64,000 nt of DNA from the NCBI GenBank assembly GCA_951406725.2, contig OX597814.1, forward strand, positions 122,636,001-122,700,000. Direction: 5' to 3'. The notes under the pieces were generated by a model. That model made no database searches. It was not told the DNA's origin and worked only from the letters and a program-made list of their open reading frames with translations. This document shows positions 1 through 11,556 of this stretch, in pieces; position 1 is the first letter of the stretch, and every line of letters starts with the position of its first letter. The position numbers and the translations under genes are program-made. This DNA comes from Octopus vulgaris (Eukaryota).

Positions 1-2541
1 TAACGGGTGTTGACAGCAAATGGATCGCCTGACCATCGGGACGCATCCTTTCCACAAGAAGCGAAAGAGGATGCGTTGTAGTTTGGTGATGGTAGGGTCG
101 GGACAAGGTACGACGGTCAGGCGGTAGTAGATGACGGACGCGATGTACGTGTTCGCCACCTCCGCTCGACCTTTTAGGGACAGTTTCCTCTCGGCCCATT
201 GTCGGGCGAGAGTGACCACCCTACTCGTTATCTCGTTCCAGTTCTTCTCCACTTGGAGGTCCGGACCAAACCAGACCCCGAGCAACTCAACCGGGCCGTC
301 GGTCCAGCGTCCCACGACGGAGGCGCTGGTGGACGGCATGGGCTTGCTTCTCCAGGTGCCTAGTCGCAAGCCCACTGACTTTTCCCGGTTGATTTTCGCT
401 CCTGTCACCGCTTCGTAGTTTTTCAGTGTCTCGCCGACCAGCTCGATGTGCTCGTGGCTAGACACTATGACGGTGACGTCGTCCGCGTATGCAGACACGC
501 TCGTCCCGCATCCCAATTCTCGCGGGATGCCCCTTAGAGTCGCCAGCTTCCGCAGTAGTGGCTCAAGAGTCAATACGTATAGAAGCGCCGAGAGGGGGCA
601 TCCCTGACGGACCGAACGTGCAATGTTGAAAGGTCTCGATAGATGTCCATTTACGCGAATTACCGAACGGATGCCTCTGTACAAAGCAGCTATCCATCCG
701 CGGAAAACGGGACCGAAACCAGCCGCTCTCAGGACTGCCCCCAAGTATCGATGGTCTACCCTATCAAAGGCTTTCGATTGATCCAAGTTGATCAGGGCCC
801 CACCCATGCCAGGTTCGTTAACTACCCTGTCTATGATGTAGCGCATCAGATGGAGGTTGTCATGGATGGTCCGGCCTGGCACGGCGCATGTTTGCGCCCT
901 GTCGACCAGTTTCTCGATGACAAGCGCCAACCTCTTGGCTAGCACCTTGGCCAAAATTTTCAAGTCTGCATTAAGCAGAGTGATGGGCCTAAAGTTATCT
1001 ATTACATTTCCCTTGTTTAGATCTTTCTTCAGCAGTGTTACGGCTCCTCGGCTCACAAAACCAGGAATGCTCCCGTTTTGTTGCCAGTTGCAGTACACCG
1101 CCGCCAAGAGATCTCCAAACAAGTCTGGCATACAATTGTAAAGCTCGTAGGGTAGACCATCCAAACCCGGTGATTTGTCCCTCGAGCATTCTGCCATCGC
1201 TTCCCGCACTTCCGCCGCCGTGATGGCACCTTCGCAGCACCCTGCCTTTCTTGTCGAGAGTCGTGGTAGGCTATGTAGGTAGGCACTGAAGTCCACCCTA
1301 CGTTCTTGCCCTCCACTCGTTCCGAACAGTCGGGCAAAATGCTGCTGAAAGGCTTCACACATTTTACTTGGCTCGAGCAATTCGCGCCCCTGTTCATCTA
1401 CCAGTGACCGAATGGTGGCTTTGTTGCCCTGTTGCGCCTCTGCCACCCGGGCCTCTCTCGCGGCTCCAACACCTTCGTTCCTTAGAGCACGCATCCTAGC
1501 TCTGACAGCACATCCTTCGTGTTTGGCGTTGAAGTGTTGGTCGAGGGCCAACCTCGCCGCCAAAACGTCGGATGCGATGCCGCTTCTAATTGCCTCTTCT
1601 AGCTTCTTAACTAGCTCACCCTCTACTCTATTTCTATCTATGGCTAGTGCTTTGCTGTACCTAATCGCTTCTGCTTTTACTGCTCTCTTGAGGGCAAACC
1701 ACCATTTGTTGTTGATGATGGCTCCCGTCAAAGCCCTCTTTACTAGTGTGCTAATCCGGTCTCTGAAAACTTGTCTCGATGGGAAAGACGCGTTTAGTTT
1801 CCAGTATCCGGGACCCTGCCTAAGTGTCTTACCTAAGTCTAGCGTACATGTCACAAGTTTGTGATCCGTGTAGCTGACTATGTGGAATTGTGGACATCCT
1901 ATGCTATCTCTATCTACTGTCCTACACAGTATCCTATCTAGATACGATCTCGATGACCCGATGCGGTTGCTCCATGTCCACGTTGGCGCATTCGGGTGGT
2001 CTAGTCGGAACCTGTCAGACAGTTGAAAGCGTCTGAGCAGGTCTCTGAGGCATTTGCATCCCCGTCTATTCCTATCTCTACCCACGTAGTCTACATGCGT
2101 GTCCAAGGTAGCATTCCAATCCCCCACTAAGAGTAAAGGACGAGACGTTCCCAAGAAAACTTCTAGACGTTGAAAGAAATCCGCCCGACCTGTTAAGGGC
2201 GGTGCGTAAACTGATACGAGTCGAAAAGCGCACCCATTGCTGCCGTCGACATCCAGGACGACCAGTCTACCCTCCGGGTCTACGAATATTGTCCTTACTT
2301 TGAGATCCAGACTCTTGTGAAAAAGTACCGCGGTGCCACTACCGCCCATTCTCGGCAGACAGGGGGAAAAATAAATGTTGAACTGTCCGCCAAACATGGT
2401 CTTTAGGGCCCGCGGATTGTGGAGTCTGGTCTCGCTTATGGCTATGATTTCTAACTTATGTGACTTTATGTCATTTAAGAGGTACCCTTGTTTCCAAGGG
2501 GACCCCAAGCCACGCGCATTTACACAACCAATCTTGATCAT
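1..2541 (-). CDS. LINE ORF2: APE endonuclease + reverse transcriptase (runs off window start)
   Basis: Hand translation from ATG at 2541 gives MIKIGCVNARGL...IIAISETRL (APE start); RQGCPLS at about 590-610; AYADDV with Tyr codon at 489 in the same frame as 2541. Absent from the ORF track, consistent with no stop inside the window. Confidence 0.92.
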   Translation of the reverse strand, partial: MIKIGCVNARGLGSPWKQGYLLNDIKSHKLEIIAISETRLHNPRALKTMFGGQFNIYFSPCLPRMGGSGTAVLFHKSLDLKVRTIFVDPEGRLVVLDVDGSNGCAFRLVSVYAPPLTGRADFFQRLEVFLGTSRPLLLVGDWNATLDTHVDYVGRDRNRRGCKCLRDLLRRFQLSDRFRLDHPNAPTWTWSNRIGSSRSYLDRILCRTVDRDSIGCPQFHIVSYTDHKLVTCTLDLGKTLRQGPGYWKLNASFPSRQVFRDRISTLVKRALTGAIINNKWWFALKRAVKAEAIRYSKALAIDRNRVEGELVKKLEEAIRSGIASDVLAARLALDQHFNAKHEGCAVRARMRALRNEGVGAAREARVAEAQQGNKATIRSLVDEQGRELLEPSKMCEAFQQHFARLFGTSGGQERRVDFSAYLHSLPRLSTRKAGCCEGAITAAEVREAMAECSRDKSPGLDGLPYELYNCMPDLFGDLLAAVYCNWQQNGSIPGFVSRGAVTLLKKDLNKGNVIDNFRPITLLNADLKILAKVLAKRLALVIEKLVDRAQTCAVPGRTIHDNLHLMRYIIDRVVNEPGMGGALINLDQSKAFDRVDHRYLGAVLRAAGFGPVFRGWIAALYRGIRSVIRVNGHLSRPFNIARSVRQGCPLSALLYVLTLEPLLRKLATLRGIPRELGCGTSVSAYADDVTVIVSSHEHIELVGETLKNYEAVTGAKINREKSVGLRLGTWRSKPMPSTSASVVGRWTDGPVELLGVWFGPDLQVEKNWNEITSRVVTLARQWAERKLSLKGRAEVANTYIASVIYYRLTVVPCPDPTITKLQRILFRFLWKGCVPMVRRSICCQHPL

Positions 2542-4585
2542 AGTTCTAATGAATTAGAATACAGAGGGTTACTTACTGCTTTCTCCTCCGTTTTTGCTTT
2601 CTCCTCCGTTGGTTTGTCCTCGAGAAGATCCCAATACAGTTTCTTTGTGAGATATTTTTGGCATTTACCAACCGCACTGGGGAAAATGCCTTTGAGTGTG
2701 TGGTGCAGACTTTTGGAGATGTGTAATATTTTGATGTGGTCTGGTGGTGTTGTGTATGGGTGATTGTTTGTTTTTATGTCATCTTCTGTTATGTTTGTTT
2801 TTGATTGGATGTATTCCATTAAATTTGTGTTTTTGGTGTCTATGGCTGTGAGCATGTTTGCTGTATATGTTTTTGTGGTGTTGGTGTGGCTGTTGTTTGC
2901 GTTGGGTTTTGAAATGTCTTCGGGAGATGTATTTCCCCCTGCTTTGTTCGTGTTTGCATTTGGTTTGGTTGTGTTTCTGCTCTTTATTTTCCTTCTTTTT
3001 GTAGCTATTTGCCATTCCTCACTGGTTTCGTCTTCCGACGAAATTTCTGAGGAATCAGAAGGGGGTAGGGGTATGTTGTGGGCTTCTATGTATGTCTGTG
3101 TAAGTGGTTGTGTTGTTGTTTTCGTTGTTGTTGGTTGTTGAGTGTTTGTGTGTGTTGAGTGCGGTATAAGGGATGGGGGATCAGTTTGTGTGTGTTTTCT
3201 TTGTTTTTCTGTTCCTTTGGGTTTTGCTGTTGTTGGTGGTGTTGGTATTTTTCCAGGTGTTGAGTGGTTTTTGGTTGATGACGGATTAGCTTGGTGTGCT
3301 TCTCTTGTCGTCTTCTGTGTTGATGGTGGTGTGGGTAGTAGAGCTTTTTTTCCGGAGTGCTTTGGTTGTGGTAGTGGTTGTTGTTGTTGCTCTTGGTGTG
3401 CAGTGGTTGGGCACGTCTTTTTCAAGTGTGTTTCGCTTCCACACAAATAGCAGCGTGGTCGCCTGCCCTCAACCACTATATAGAGTTTGTAGCCTCCTGG
3501 CAGTTCTATAGAGGTGGGTATCTTCTCTCTTGCTGCTTCATCCAATTGAAGCAGGAATTCGATTGATTTGCCCACATAGTCTTTCTCTCCTAGAACCGCG
3601 ATTTCCAGGATGTTTGTCTCTGACATTGTCTCTGACATTTCAAAGCAGATGGCAGAGACCAACCATTGTGTTTCGACATCAAATGGTATGTTTTTTATTT
3701 GGACTTTCGTGACCCTTTTGTTTAAATAGACTGGTATCATTACCAAGTCGTCCGAATGTAGCTCCAATGTGGAAAAACGTTTTGCTAAACTTTCGTTGAG
3801 GAAACGTACTTGGACTGTACCAAATTTGTTTCCCCAACTGATATATTCCTTGGAGTCCCATGCAGGACGAAGGCATTTTTCGATTTTTTCTGCGGTGCAT
3901 TTTCTGTTCTTCTTGTTTTTTTGTTTATTACTTTATAAATTATTGTTTTTTTTTTGGTGTTTTCCACGATGTGTTGTGGAATGTGAAGGTGCAATTTGTC
4001 TCCTTCTTTGGAGAAGAGTGCCTTTGTGCGGTTTATCTCTTGTGTGGTGAATGTTACAATTGTTCTTTTTTGTTTTGTTACGTCCGCAAAATTCGTTTTG
4101 AATTTGGCAGTAGAAGTGTTAATTGTGGCAGTGTTAATTGAAGTCATGGTAGTGGTGTTGGTGTTGGCGGTATTAGCAGTAGAAGGCTTGGATGTAGCAT
4201 TTGACGTCGTAGTAGTGGTGTTGGTGTTGGCGGTGTTGTCTTTGGTAGGCGGCTTTGTGCCAATTTCGTTGTTGTTGTTGTTGGTGGTGATGGTGGTGGT
4301 GCTGGCATTCATGTTTTCGTTTGTATTCATTTTTGAAATCCCTTTCTCTGTCCCTTTATCATCAACAAGTGGTGTGAGGAGTGAGGGGAAATCTAAGTTA
4401 ATGTCTTTGGTCGCGGCGATGGTGAATGCGGCGTTAGATTTGTTGTTGTTGTTGGTGGTGGTGGTGATGGTGGTGACAGCGGTGTTCACGCTGCGATGTT
4501 TAGTAGTTAGTGGTAGCAATAGTGTTTTGCTACCGTTCTGCATGACTGGCGGGCTAGCCACGTGGTTTCTAGTTGCCATTTTCAA
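2538..4585 (-). CDS. LINE ORF1 (Thr/Asn-rich N-terminus, RRM-like middle, CCHC zinc knuckle), split by a 1-nt frameshift near 3900
   Basis: Track ORFs 3785..4585 and 2538..3767 are in different frames. The second frame is open from 3932 (…KCTAEKIEKCLRPAWDSKEYISWGNKFGTVQVRF…). CYLCGSETHLKKTC = C-x2-C-x4-H-x4-C. Confidence 0.82.
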
Positions 4586-4800
4586 AATGAAAAATGGCTA
4601 AAAAACCCACGAAAGTTTTGAAAGTTTTTTTGTAATTTCGCCCATACAGGGGCGGAATTCTACGTGAATAATTCTCAGGTTTTTTAGTGAATGAACTTGC
4701 ACAACGATTAAAACAAAATATTTGACAACAAGGAGTTTTAAACATGTAAAAGTGGCCAACTTACGTGGAGCCGATATGACTATCGTCCGTCCATTGTGAA

Positions 4801-4805
4801 GATAG

Positions 4806-4877
<72 letters not shown>
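4801..4877. repeat. (GATA)n microsatellite
   Basis: Direct inspection. Confidence 0.97.
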
Positions 4878-5019
4878 GGAAAACAAGATCTCGGTGATAT
4901 TATATTTTATTGCGGTGTCTGGGACTCGAGTGTAAACATCAGCCATCGTCAACCATATAAGTGCAGCGTAATTAATAAAGATTTCATTAATTTGAATGCG
5001 ATGAGCAAATCGTTTCATC

Positions 5020-5440
5020 TTAAAATTTGTCTGTGGTGAAATGATTTACATCTAAATTAATGAATTATGTATTATGTATGTAACAATTAAAAATCTGAAA
5101 ATGTTTGCGTATGTTTACACTGCAGCCATGGAAGCAGATGTTGTACAAAGCAAATGGCGTTTTGAAATATCATCAAGCTGGTTGTTTATTATTCTTCTCT
5201 GAAGACTTACTTTAGCAAATTTTGAATCTATGCGTACATTCTGCATCAATGGGTATACAGGACTGCAAAATAACGATAAGCGTCGTTCGTGTTCTCTTCC
5301 AGGTCTATTCGTTTCGCCTAGCTTTGAAGTGAAGTATTCAGTGTCTTTTAACAATCCACGTCTTTAAAGAGACCTTGCCTTGACAAAATAGCGCAGCCTA
5401 AAAGCGTTTGGCAACACACATAGTGCGTATGACATTGATG
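5020..5440 (-). pseudogene. Decayed iGluR/IR-like S2-end + M4 segment
   Basis: Minus translation …RLSLFCSPVYPLMQNVRIDSKFAKVSLQRRIINNQLDDISKRHLLCTTSASMAAV*TYANIFRFLIVTYII resembles the S2 end, conserved Cys and M4 (GxFxxL) by eye; contains stops. Confidence 0.4.
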
Positions 5441-5494
5441 GTGTTTATAATATAAAACTGCTTCAATCACAAAATTTTGGGGGAAAAAAGGCAC

Positions 5495-5805
5495 CTTCTA
5501 CTAGAGCCTCGGATCGACAAAAACCTTGTGGGTGGATTTGGTAAACGAAAACTGAAAGAAGCCCGTCGTATATATATATGTGTATACATTTGTGTATCTG
5601 TGTTTGTCTCCCTGACATCGAATGACAACAGATATTGGTGTGTTTACGTCCCTGTAACTTAGCGGTTGAGCAAAAGTGGCCGATAGAATAAGTACTAGGC
5701 TTACAAGGAATAAGTCCTTGGGTCGATTTGATCGACTAAAGGCGGTGCTCCAGCGTGGCTGCAGCCAAATGACTGAAACAAGTAACAGAACAAAAGAAAA
5801 GAATT
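5495..5805 (+). mobile_element. SINE family A, 5'-truncated
   Basis: Matches body and tail of the 8890-9290 copy (…gatagaataagtactaggcttac…aaatgactgaaacaagtaa). Confidence 0.85.
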
Positions 5806-5843
<38 letters not shown>

Positions 5844-5850
<7 letters not shown>

Positions 5851-5995
5851 CGAAATGAGGTATTCAGAAATCTGGATGGTTTTATACTTACAGATATTTC
5901 TCAATATTAATAAATATCTGTAATTATAAAACCATCCAGATTTCTGAGTATCTCATTTCTTCTAATATATAATACCTGTACATCATCTACAAACC

Positions 5996-6000
<5 letters not shown>
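5844..6000. repeat. Fold-back element between (TA)n tracts
   Basis: Arm 5844-5899 is inverted at 5912-5967; related sequence at 36030-36125. Confidence 0.8.
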
Positions 6001-6035
<35 letters not shown>

Positions 6036-6649
6036 GAGAGAGGGAAAAAGAAAAAAAGAGTGAGTCAGTGGGTGAGTGAGGGAGGGAGGGAGTGACTGAG
6101 AGCATATTCAACCATATGTATGTAGAAGTTGCAGTTCACATTTTGCAAGGAAAAATAGTTATAGAAATCTACATGAAAATGAAACTCAAAAGAGCAAATA
6201 GCTTTTCAACTTGACGTTACATGTCAACTGTTATTAATGAATTTTCATAATTAAAAGCGCTCCCATGTTGAACACATTAACTTACAAAATAATTTACTAA
6301 CATGATTAACAAATAGACTACTGCATACAAAATACGTAACTGCGAAATATATTATTATAATATCAAAGCCGCCATTAAAGTGAAGTAAATAAAGTCAGAA
6401 TGTACATTACGTTTAATGTTAAACACTACACGATTAATTAATAGCAACAGATCGTTTCAGCTTAAAATCCAGTTAGACGCTATCCAATTAAGATACTTCA
6501 TCACTTCTGTTTCTAAAATATCCTTACGTTCCTGTTGTGTCAACCTTTTATGAGCATCACATGAAGCTGTTACTTACATTGTTTAAAATCCCCTTTCGTG
6601 GTGGTTTTGGCCATCGGCTCCTAAATGATCGTCTTCGGTCCCATCTAAA

Positions 6650-7044
6650 TCTCTCTATATATAAAGCTGAAGTTGACTGTGTACGGCAGGTTTGGCAGCC
6701 TTCAACTAACACTATCTCCTCTGAGATCCTGCAGCACAAGTTGACCAAAATTGAAAGTATGATAGAAGAAGGCTTGTCCTTCCTTCCGTAGAAGGAGAAA
6801 TTCAAATCGGAACATGTTAACACCAAAAATTATTTACATCAAAAAGGTGCTTTTTTATTCTATGAAAATCCCTATTTTTTACGATTTTTTAACTGCTGTG
6901 TCGCCATTTTTCGGTGTATTTCAACCAGAAAATGTTCCACTTAAAGAGAATAACAAGCTACATAAGGCAAAAGTTTTACTTTTCAAAAATTACAATTCTA
7001 AAGAGTCGAAACAAACCCGAGCAACGCCGGGCGATTACTGCTAG
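6650..7044 (+). mobile_element. Non-autonomous Helitron
   Basis: Starts A|TCTCTCTATATATAAAG, ends with hairpin cccgagcaacgccggg then …CTAG|T; inserted between A and T with no TSD. Confidence 0.8.
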
Positions 7045-7254
7045 TTACTTGATATTCCTGTCTTCAGAAAACTGTTCTTTGCCCTCTCAGTAGAAATTTC
7101 ATCTCAAGCATTTTATTCCCACACCCCTACGCAAAAGATTACAAAAGGTGGGCATGGATTTTTGAGTTTCTTCCCCTTGTTACCCAATCCGTGACCGGCT
7201 TATTGAGCACTACCTCCAAACGTTTGGCAAATAAGTGAGGCCATCTAATATTCT

Positions 7255-7470
7255 TTTATTCTTTTATTTGCTTCAGTCATTTGACTGCGGCCATGCTGGA
7301 ACACCGCCTATAGTCGAGAAAATCGACCCAGGACTTATTCTTTGTAAGCCTAGTACTTATTCTATCGGTCTCTCTTGCCGAACCGCTAGGTGACGGAGAC
7401 GTAAACACACCAGTATCTGTTGTGAAGTGATGTTGGAGTCACAAACACAGACGCACAAACATACCCCTCA
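7255..7470 (-). mobile_element. SINE family A, 3' half
   Basis: Reverse complement of the family A tail, ending at the internal CA/TA tract. Confidence 0.85.
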
Positions 7471-7472
7471 CA

Positions 7473-7546
<74 letters not shown>

Positions 7547-7895
7547 AAATTATTCTTTATTGTTATCTGTAATTTTCCCAACTTTTCCTCATGCAACGAC
7601 AAAGCTTTCCTCTGCAGCTCTATTGCTGATACTTTCGACAAATTCTAACATTAATCTTTAAATTAACATAACACCAAAAGTTACAATTATGACAATTTTT
7701 GACGATCGGTGAAATTTAACTTTTCTATATCTTTTTCATCTGACACAAAAGATTTGTGAAACCACTGGGATTTCTTTTTTTTTTTCTTTCTATCTCATAA
7801 ATTCCTTTTTATCTCCTATGTTCCCTTTAGATGTTGCCCTAAATAACTCTAGCTCTCATTACTCACAATTATCTATGTTCATTCATCATCATTCT

Positions 7896-8126
7896 TATTT
7901 CTTTACTACCCACAAGGGGCTAAACACAGAGAGGACAAACAAGGACAGAAAAACAGACTAAGTCGATTATATCGACCCCAGTGCGTAACTGCTACTTATT
8001 TAATCGACCCCGAAAGGATGAAAGGCAAAGTCGACCTCGGCAGAATTTGAACTCGGAACGTAACGGCAGACGAAATACTGCTAAGCATTTCGCCCGGCGT
8101 GCTAAAGTTTCTGCCAGCTCGCCGCC
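7896..8126 (-). mobile_element. SINE family B (central gcctttcatcctttcggggtcgat, Deu/Nin-domain-like), full length
   Basis: Head ggcggcgagctggcagaaa…gagttcaaatt; 15-bp TSD attcatcatcattct at 7881-7895 and 8127-8141. Confidence 0.9.
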
Positions 8127-8413
8127 ATTCATCATCATTCTATTCTCCATCCATTCCCATCACTATATCAATCTAGCCTCAAACTTCTTACCTAATACGT
8201 TTAAAATTATACTGTTTCTTTCAAATTTTCCCATCTCACCACAGTTTCTGCAAATAAACTTAGTTTAACTCATAATTCGTTGTATCTAGATTATTCTCTC
8301 TCGCATGTTTGCTAAAGTAAAACATAGACCTCAAATAACTTCTAGTTTTCAATAATAGAAATATTAAAATTACTAAGTCTCTTTAAAAGAGATTACGACA
8401 GCGTTTCTGGAAA

Positions 8414-8543
8414 TTAATAGTTATCGCCATACTAATATGGCATTCTTAAAAATAAGAATAAAGCTGTCGTTTCATGGAGCTAATCAGTGACAGCTTTATT
8501 CTTATTTTTAAGAATGCCATATTAGTATGGCGATAACTATTAA
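8414..8543. repeat. Perfect 55-bp inverted repeat with 20-nt loop
   Basis: 8414-8468 is the exact reverse complement of 8489-8543. Confidence 0.95.
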
Positions 8544-8889
8544 CTTCTAGTTTATTTTTCATGTTTTCAAAACTATATTATGTATTCGAAATGATTGCGA
8601 AAATGTGAGATGCATTTTCATACTTTTCTCGGCATTTATATTACCGGGTAACTTTGATAATTGTGAAGTTTGTTGTACAAGATTCCTTACCCTGGCACAT
8701 ATGCTACACGCCTAATTACTTTTTAAAGGCTTTACAAAGACTGCCTGTTATACACGAAAATACGCATGCATATATATACCTACAAATACGCTTATATGTG
8801 TGTGTTTGTGTATAGTAATGCATGTATGTATAGACATATGTGAGTATATATGTGTACCTGTCTATTATTCAAGTTATATATATATATAT

Positions 8890-9290
8890 AGGCGCAGGAG
8901 TGGCTGTGTGGTAAGTAGCTTGTTTACCAACTACATGGTTCCGGGTTCAGTCCCTCTGCGTGGCACCTTGGGCAAGTGTCTTCTACTATAGCCTCGAGCC
9001 GACCAAAGCCTTGTGAGAGGATTTGGTAGACGGAAACTGAAAGAAGCCCGTCGTATATATGTATATATATATATATATGTATGGGTGTGTATATATTTGT
9101 GTGTCTGTATTTGTCCCATCCAACATCGCTTGACAACCGATGCTGGTGTGTTTATGTCCCTGTCACTTAGCGGTTCGGCAAAAGAGACCGATAGAATAAG
9201 TACTGGGCTTACAAAGAATAAATCCCGGGGTCGAGTTGCTCCAGCATGGCCGCAGTCAAATGACTGAAACAAGTAAAAGAGTAAACAGTA
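8890..9290 (+). mobile_element. SINE family A, full length (tRNA-derived head, internal TA/TG microsatellite)
   Basis: A-box-like gtggctgtgtgg, B-box-like ggttcagtccc, CORE-like accttgggcaagtgtctt, tail gtaaaagagtaaa; more than 12 copies in window. Confidence 0.9.
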
Positions 9291-9390
9291 ATATATATAT
9301 ATATATATAAAATATGGTGGTTTACTTCAGAGGTGATCTAAACGAGTAGGTATGCTTGGTAAGTGCTGTAACGGATTACATATATATATG

Positions 9391-9440
<50 letters not shown>

Positions 9441-9496
9441 TGTGTGTGTGTGTGTATTTATCTATATGTGTGTGTGTGTATATATATAAAATATAC

Positions 9497-9559
<63 letters not shown>

Positions 9560-9944
9560 TATAAAATATATATGAAGAGAGAGATTGTGAAAGTGAGTGA
9601 GTGGGAGCGTGGAGAAAGACATGTGAGCGAAATAACTAAAGATGGATGGTTAAAATATTCTCACAATTTATGTAAGTAGGATGAACGAAATCTAATAATA
9701 TAAAGAATCTTTCAATAAATTTAAATTTTCTATTTTTCAGAAGACATTTCAATTCATTGAGGGTATTTTGCGTACATCATCAATCAATATATCACCACTT
9801 ACCTGAAAATACATATGCCTGTATGTGTGTGTGTGTGTGTGTGTGCATGTGTGTGTGTGTGTGTGTGTGTGCGTGTGTGTGTATGTGTATCTGCGTGTGT
9901 TTTAAACAATTTTTTTACAAATTATCTCGAATATATATGTATAA

Positions 9945-10015
<71 letters not shown>

Positions 10016-10021
10016 TGTATG

Positions 10022-10084
<63 letters not shown>

Positions 10085-10201
10085 GTATATACATATATGC
10101 AGAGAAACAGACACACACACACAAATATATATATATTCACTGTGTAAACATAGATGCTCTCAAGACTACGTCACAATATACATATTCCCATAAAGCTTCT
10201 A

Positions 10202-10238
<37 letters not shown>

Positions 10239-10357
10239 AATTTTCTAAGTACAGTTTCTATGTGATATTTAAAAAAGTGTTTGCCTATCTGATATCTAGA
10301 TATTGTGTCTTATTATATGGTATCTACCGTGATAGATACAATCATGGATGCAATATA

Positions 10358-11556
10358 TTGGGTTGGCAACTAAGTTCCCGCCGTTTTCTTTTTATTTAAA
10401 TTTTTTAAAAGGGTTAATAAAAAATAAAAAATAATTAATCAATAATGTATTCACCCTTGTTTACAATTTCTTCCCAATGTTCAACTCGAAAAATTGATCC
10501 AACTAAGGTCTCAATTCTGCATCAGTATTGAACGAAACTCCGCGCAAGGCATTTGAAAAAGATCGAAAGAGGTGGTAATCGTTGCTGCCAAATCAGGAGA
10601 GTATGGCGGGTGTGACAGCACTTTCCAGCCATGCGTTTGAATGGCTTCCTTGGTCATATTGGCGATATGAGGGCGGACGTTGTCATGGAGCAGAAGAACT
10701 CCATGCTGACGATTAGGTCTTTTCTCTTAAATCGCTCTGTTGAGTCGTTCCATTTGTTGAACATAGAGTTCCGCGTTGACCGTTTTATTCCGTTCAAGCA
10801 ATCCGTAATTGATAATCCTTTCCCAGTCCCACCATATGCACAACATCGTTTTACGCAGATGAAGATCTTGTTTCACGCGCGGTGTCGCTTGTTTACCGGG
10901 GCTAAGCCATTCCTTACGCTGCTTCATATTGATGTACAGGCACCATTTTTCAATGCCAGTAACGATTCGGTAAAGAAACCATTGCTTATGTCCATGTGTT
11001 GAGCGGTGACGAGGAAACAAAGCAGCGGAGATTGTGGCACGTTGATTTTTGTTGTTGTCACTTAAAGCATGCCGAACTCATGCTCCATTCTTCTGAACCT
11101 TTCCCATCAAGTGAAGCTGCTTATCTATAGCAGTGTGGGAGCATTCCATTTTCTCTGCCAGTTCCCTTGTTGTTTGACAAGAATTTTCGTGCAAAAGTTG
11201 GTTTAATCGCTCTTCATCGAACTCAACTGGACGGCCAGAATGAGGTTGCGTCTTTGAGGTCAAAATTTCCATTTTTGAACTTGGCATACAAATCACGAGC
11301 AGTTCTTTCAGCTATGGCACCCTCTCCATACACAGTACAAATGTCGCGAGCAGCATTTGCGGCCTTAGAACCTTGATTAAAATAAAAAAGAAGGTGTCGA
11401 AAATGCTCGTTTTTCTTAACTTGACATTCCATTTTAATGATGTGAAAATAAACAAAAATTAACTAAAACTAACTAGAAAAAAATAGATTCCAAAATTTAA
11501 AGACGCAATAAATTCCAAAATTTTAAAAAGCGGCGGGAACATAATTGCCAATCCAA
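10358..11556 (-). mobile_element. Full-length mariner transposon, transposase pseudogenised
   Basis: TIRs ttgggttggcaactaagttcccgccg / cggcgggaacataattgccaatccaa with TA on both sides; fragments MECQVKKNEHFRH…, RIVTGIEKW, LHDNVRP, HPPYSPDLA with frameshifts. Confidence 0.93.

Larger units (their letters stand above)
1..4800 (-). mobile_element. Tx1/L1-clade non-LTR retrotransposon (3' end outside window)
   Basis: GC-richer block with an ORF1 (CCHC knuckle) followed by an APE+RT ORF2 on the minus strand; about 215 bp 5'UTR ending at the (GATA)n tract at 4801. Confidence 0.9.

Noticed and set aside
131-4601. Plus-strand ORFs over the first 4.6 kb (Val/Leu-rich, membrane-looking)
   Set aside because: Antisense shadows of the LINE ORF1/ORF2
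5340-5400. CAILSRQGLFKDVDC resembling a C-type lectin end
   Set aside because: Splice phases with the candidate upstream exon do not fit, and the downstream sequence fits an iGluR S2-M4 layout better
9356-10248. Dozens of track ORFs reading [12 protein letters not shown] or HTHTHT here and throughout the window
   Set aside because: Translations of (TA)n/(CA)n microsatellites, which lack stop codons; not genes
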